NCBI RefSeq assembly: GCF_964204645.1
Contig: NC_134029.1
Location: 18,346,950-18,410,949 of the forward strand
Direction: 5' to 3'
DNA: 64,000 bases
DNA from: Tubulanus polymorphus
Taxonomy: Eukaryota > Animalia > Nemertea
This document shows, piece by piece, positions 60,001 to 64,000 of this stretch (the stretch's first letter is position 1; each line of letters starts with the position of its first letter). The position numbers and the translations under genes are program-made. Under the pieces are notes generated by a model, which worked only from the letters and a program-made list of their open reading frames with translations, ran no database searches and was not told the DNA's origin.

Positions 60001-62840
60001 TATATGAAATCGTCTTACTTTCATCCTCGCTGTCTTCCGGCCAACTGTCTGTATCCACCTGCATACAAAATATCGACTTATCAATTCACCGAAAGACAGA
60101 TCTCAGAAACATTCAATACTCTGCTTATATACATTGAAATGAAGCGTAAAAAGTAGAATCCTATTTTCTTTTATCTTTTACTATTTTCTTTTTCTTTTAT
60201 TTATATTCATTTTCGGTATCTATTTTCACTATTACTGCGCTATGATGTATAACTCACCGTTTTGTTGTTTTGATGTTTCTCCATGTTCAATTGATGTTTC
60301 AAATCCCTGATTAATTCTTTCTGCGTTTCAAGTTCAGTTTCGAGATGGTGTACCTGTCGTGATATTCATGAGTGGTCTATTTGAAACCCACAAGTAATTC
60401 ATATGAAATTTTTATCATATTGTTTTAATTTTTTGGCAATCATCCGAGTCGATCAACCCTTCCCTCTGTCCTCAAAAAATATAGATCTATCCATTTCTAT
60501 ACGTCTATACATAACGTCCCACTGAAAATCTCTGCTAGCCATGTACACTACTAGGAAGGCAATTTCTATTTTTATGAATTGCCGTTTACTGAAGATATGG
60601 TCTGTTGAATAAGTGGTATTTTATTTCAGTAACTCATAGTCTTTGACTTACTGACCATTACCAAATCATTAATCTGAGGTTTGCGTGCTGGCGTTATATT
60701 AAACACGTCCAGCAAGTAGTAGCCTACTGGTTTTGTGTTTGAATAAGAGTCTTGAGTAACCCAATCTAAACAATGACTATAAGTATGATATGATTGTTAT
60801 CGTTTCACAAGCTCGGACATTTGCGTGAAATATCAGGTCTGATTAAGGAATATCTCACCTTCATATCCTTAGCTTTGATAAAGGTCGCATTGCTTTCTAA
60901 AGCTTTTTGTAATTCCATGTTTCTAATCTGTAATTTTTTCATATCTTTTCCCATAAGCGTAAACTCCTCGTTTAGGATTTCATTTTCTTCTTCGAGTTCC
61001 TACCGATCAGAATACCGAATATGAACACAACGGAATTCATTTATTTCGTCTATTTCACGAGGATGACAAATAGGATATGCAAATCATATGAAAATATTGT
61101 TTCGCAGAAAAATCACTTTGAAACAATGATAGTATGTTTATTTCCGTTGTATTTCCGAACTCACATTTACTATAGTTTCGTACTGTTCTTCGCTAATACT
61201 GTTTAAATTGATACTTTCGTTCGTTGTCATGGCTATTGCGCTGGTTTCGTCGGTGGCGTCCGAATCTTCAGATGACCAGGCATCTCGATCTATTACAGGA
61301 GAAACCACTACATCCGCTATTCTCGGCTCTGAATACTGAAAACAGGCGCAAATTAGTTTCAGACTGAACTCACCATACGCAGAACGTTCGAGCTAAAACG
61401 TTACTGTATTCGGTTTTTTTGGCGAAGATTTTGTTTTCATTTTGGTCACTAAAGAATGGTTCTACTTTAAAGGCATGAAAAGAAAATGAACGATCGCCAA
61501 AATACGTGGCTGAATAAGCTGTATCGTCACTCAACGCGGAGAATAATTATTTACACTCGGGCAGTGAAATCTGATCAGCATATTTCAGCTTTCATTTAGG
61601 GTTTTAAACATTACAGTTATATCACCAGGTTTAAGAATGTACAATTAACATACTCAACAAGGACACGTAGTATCATCGTACCTGAGGTGGCAAAGGTGCC
61701 GGTAATTGCTTTCTCCTAGGCGACTTTTGCTGCGTGGAATCTTCGTCAAAACTTGCCACATATTCGATCTATACCAAAAACAAACATGTAGTTTTCTTCA
61801 AACAAACAAAAAACGCCCTTTTACTTTGGAGACACGTAGACTGTTCAGTGATCACGTATTTTGAATATACGCGTAGGAAAATCAAAGATTTTTATTGAAG
61901 ATGATTTATTAAGAATTTTGAAGGGGTTTTAAAAGCTGTAGATATACCAGCTACTATTCTTGTCTTAAATGTACATTTATTCAATATCTCCGGTTCTATT
62001 ATACTACAAGCCATGTTTTTCTACCAAAGTGACATTGTGGTGTAGATTATTCTCGTGTTTGGAAAGGCTAATAAACTATCATCTGATAATGAATTGACCC
62101 CATGTGGACTAAAAGATTACTAGCCTATGTCAGTGTGCCATACTTGAGAATTAAGTTTTGGTGACCTACATCTTTATTTCCACTCATAAAAAAACGAGTT
62201 TTGCGATATAGAGTCGCGGCCAGAGAACACGGCAGTGTGATTAATGAATTGTATTTTTCGAAGAATTTCATCGAAAGTAAAATTTCATGACCCCATGATA
62301 TTGATATTGCATTTTGTACTACCTACTTATTATTTCACTATGACAAGGTCAAAAATAGAAAGAACGTCTCTATTTCAGTACAAGGAAATAAGGCGTACAT
62401 CCTTTCGTTGCACCCCTCATCATTTGAGGGATTCGAACCTGATGGCATTGATCGAGACGCTCGAATCCCTGTTAGAGGTCGCGTGTGATATAGGTGATTG
62501 AAAAGTGAATGGTGCAGAAGAACAACAAACACGTACACATCTATGATACCAGTTTGGATATTCCATCCAATCACTCTAAACAAATGATATCATCACAATC
62601 TTTTATTCAGCAAAAGTCGACATAAATATAGTTTGGGAAACCAAGATCCGAACGACGTAAAGCGATATAAACAATACAAAACAAAACAAAAAACACTGAT
62701 GTGATTTTGAATATTTAGAAACCAAGAAATATAGTAGGTAGCATAGACAATAGGTACTGACCTGATCATTTAATGTTTCGAAGTTTTTCTTAGGAGCTTC
62801 TGAAATAGTTGCTGATACATCATAGTTTTCCGTCGATCCT
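54049..62840 (-). CDS. Very long acidic coiled-coil protein (golgin/centrosomal-like; 5' end uncertain)
   Basis: Giant exon ~54626-59317 (E/K/L heptad-rich), last exon ~54049-54156 (GNIKPEV...DFRM stop), upstream phase-consistent exons ~59435-59544, 60019-60058, 60258-60353, and likely ~60859-60999, 61215-61335, 61682-61768, 62762-62840. Confidence 0.8.
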
Positions 62841-63009
62841 TTCAAAAGAAAGATATATGCAAATGGAAGTGAAACGAAATTATCAGTTTGCCTTTATTTC
62901 GTACAAACAGTCTTCCGTCGGCTGGCTTTTGAACAGCCATTTGTAGTCTGTACTTGGAAAAAATCTAACACAAAAGCTGCGTTATTGCTATGTTTTTCAA
63001 TTAACCATT

Positions 63010-63530
63010 TAGAAAAGGTAGACCATATTCTTCGGAATTTCATACATTGAATATGAGGTGATATAATGTGTCATTATTTTTCATAAATTGAAGGAACCGA
63101 GTGCAAAAATATACATTAACAGTTAAATTATTAGCAGTAAACCAATCTTGTAATATATTCAAGTAATTTTCAAGGGTTTGTATTAAACAATCAATTGAGC
63201 ACCCAATAATGAATACAGGCGTGCTGTCTGCAAAAAGGTTTACATTTTTATAACATGTCGTTAATACATACAAAAAAATAGTAATGGTCCTAATACGGAA
63301 CCTTGAGGAATACCGCAGTTAATGTTTGAGATTGAGTATTGGAGAAAATTAACATAAATTGAACGCTTTTGTAGGTAAGTTTTAAACAATGACAAAACAT
63401 TTCCTGTTATACCATCATACGTACAACTTGTGAATTAGATATTCGACAATGAGGCAATTGAATGCTTTGCTCAAATCGAAATGCGGCCAGTGTAAAACAA
63501 TTAGATTCAAAGGATTTAATTATTTTTCCA
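63010..63530 (-). mobile_element. LINE reverse-transcriptase fragment (CR1/L2-group), decayed
   Basis: FDLSKAF, GIPQGSVLGPLLF..IND, FADST motifs with frameshifts. Confidence 0.8.
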
Positions 63531-64000
63531 GCCAGTGAATCACTTACCTAAATCCCATGCTGCAATTGAAGGCGCGTTATCTATACAGGCTTTGATGTCG
63601 TTGAACTCATGATCAGTGGCAATTGAGGCAGCAGTTCGACCTAAGAATAACAACATTATAACAATATCCTTAGCAAGCATAAAGATGGACGTACTGTCCT
63701 TCTCGAAGGAATAAATCCTCTAGTTGCAAACACTACAAAACTGACCTAACGAATCTTTGATTTTGACGTTAGCTCCGCGTTTAATAAGTAACTGACAGGT
63801 TCTCAAGTGGTGTCCTTCCGTAGCTAACATTAAAGCCGTCCTGATAATAGTACAATTGATTAACGAATTTATTAAAGAAAAGAAACCAGTTCACAATTGA
63901 TTCTTTAATAAATGTAAAAACAGGTAGTATAAACTGCATAGGCTAATTAAATTTATTTGAAATCACCAGATTTCGCTTCTAGTGTGTAGTACCTTCATAT

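Overview
Eukaryotic, intron-containing, AT-rich invertebrate-type DNA (spliceosomal introns, LINE/MITE/LTR remnants); no prokaryotic operons or CRISPR. In order: 5' half of an alpha-2-macroglobulin/TEP gene (minus, runs off the left edge); an intronless MATE transporter broken by three frameshifts; a Penelope-type inverted repeat carrying minimal hammerhead ribozymes; a multi-exon dynamin-like GTPase + pseudokinase (DSTYK-like) gene; a birth-and-death cluster of intronless class-A GPCRs (5 intact, 1 with a single nonsense codon, several pseudogenes/fragments); two very AT-rich virus-like inserts (one with TIRs, a terminal hairpin and a decayed HNH endonuclease); a secreted M12B/ADAMTS-like metalloprotease whose precursor carries Asn-rich peptide cassettes bounded by dibasic KR sites, one inside the catalytic domain; and a very long coiled-coil gene. 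The most unusual items are the Asn-rich KR-cassette metalloprotease and the hairpin-ended HNH/zinc-finger virus-like elements. Exon models were hand-spliced from GT/AG signals and frame continuity; no database searches were run.
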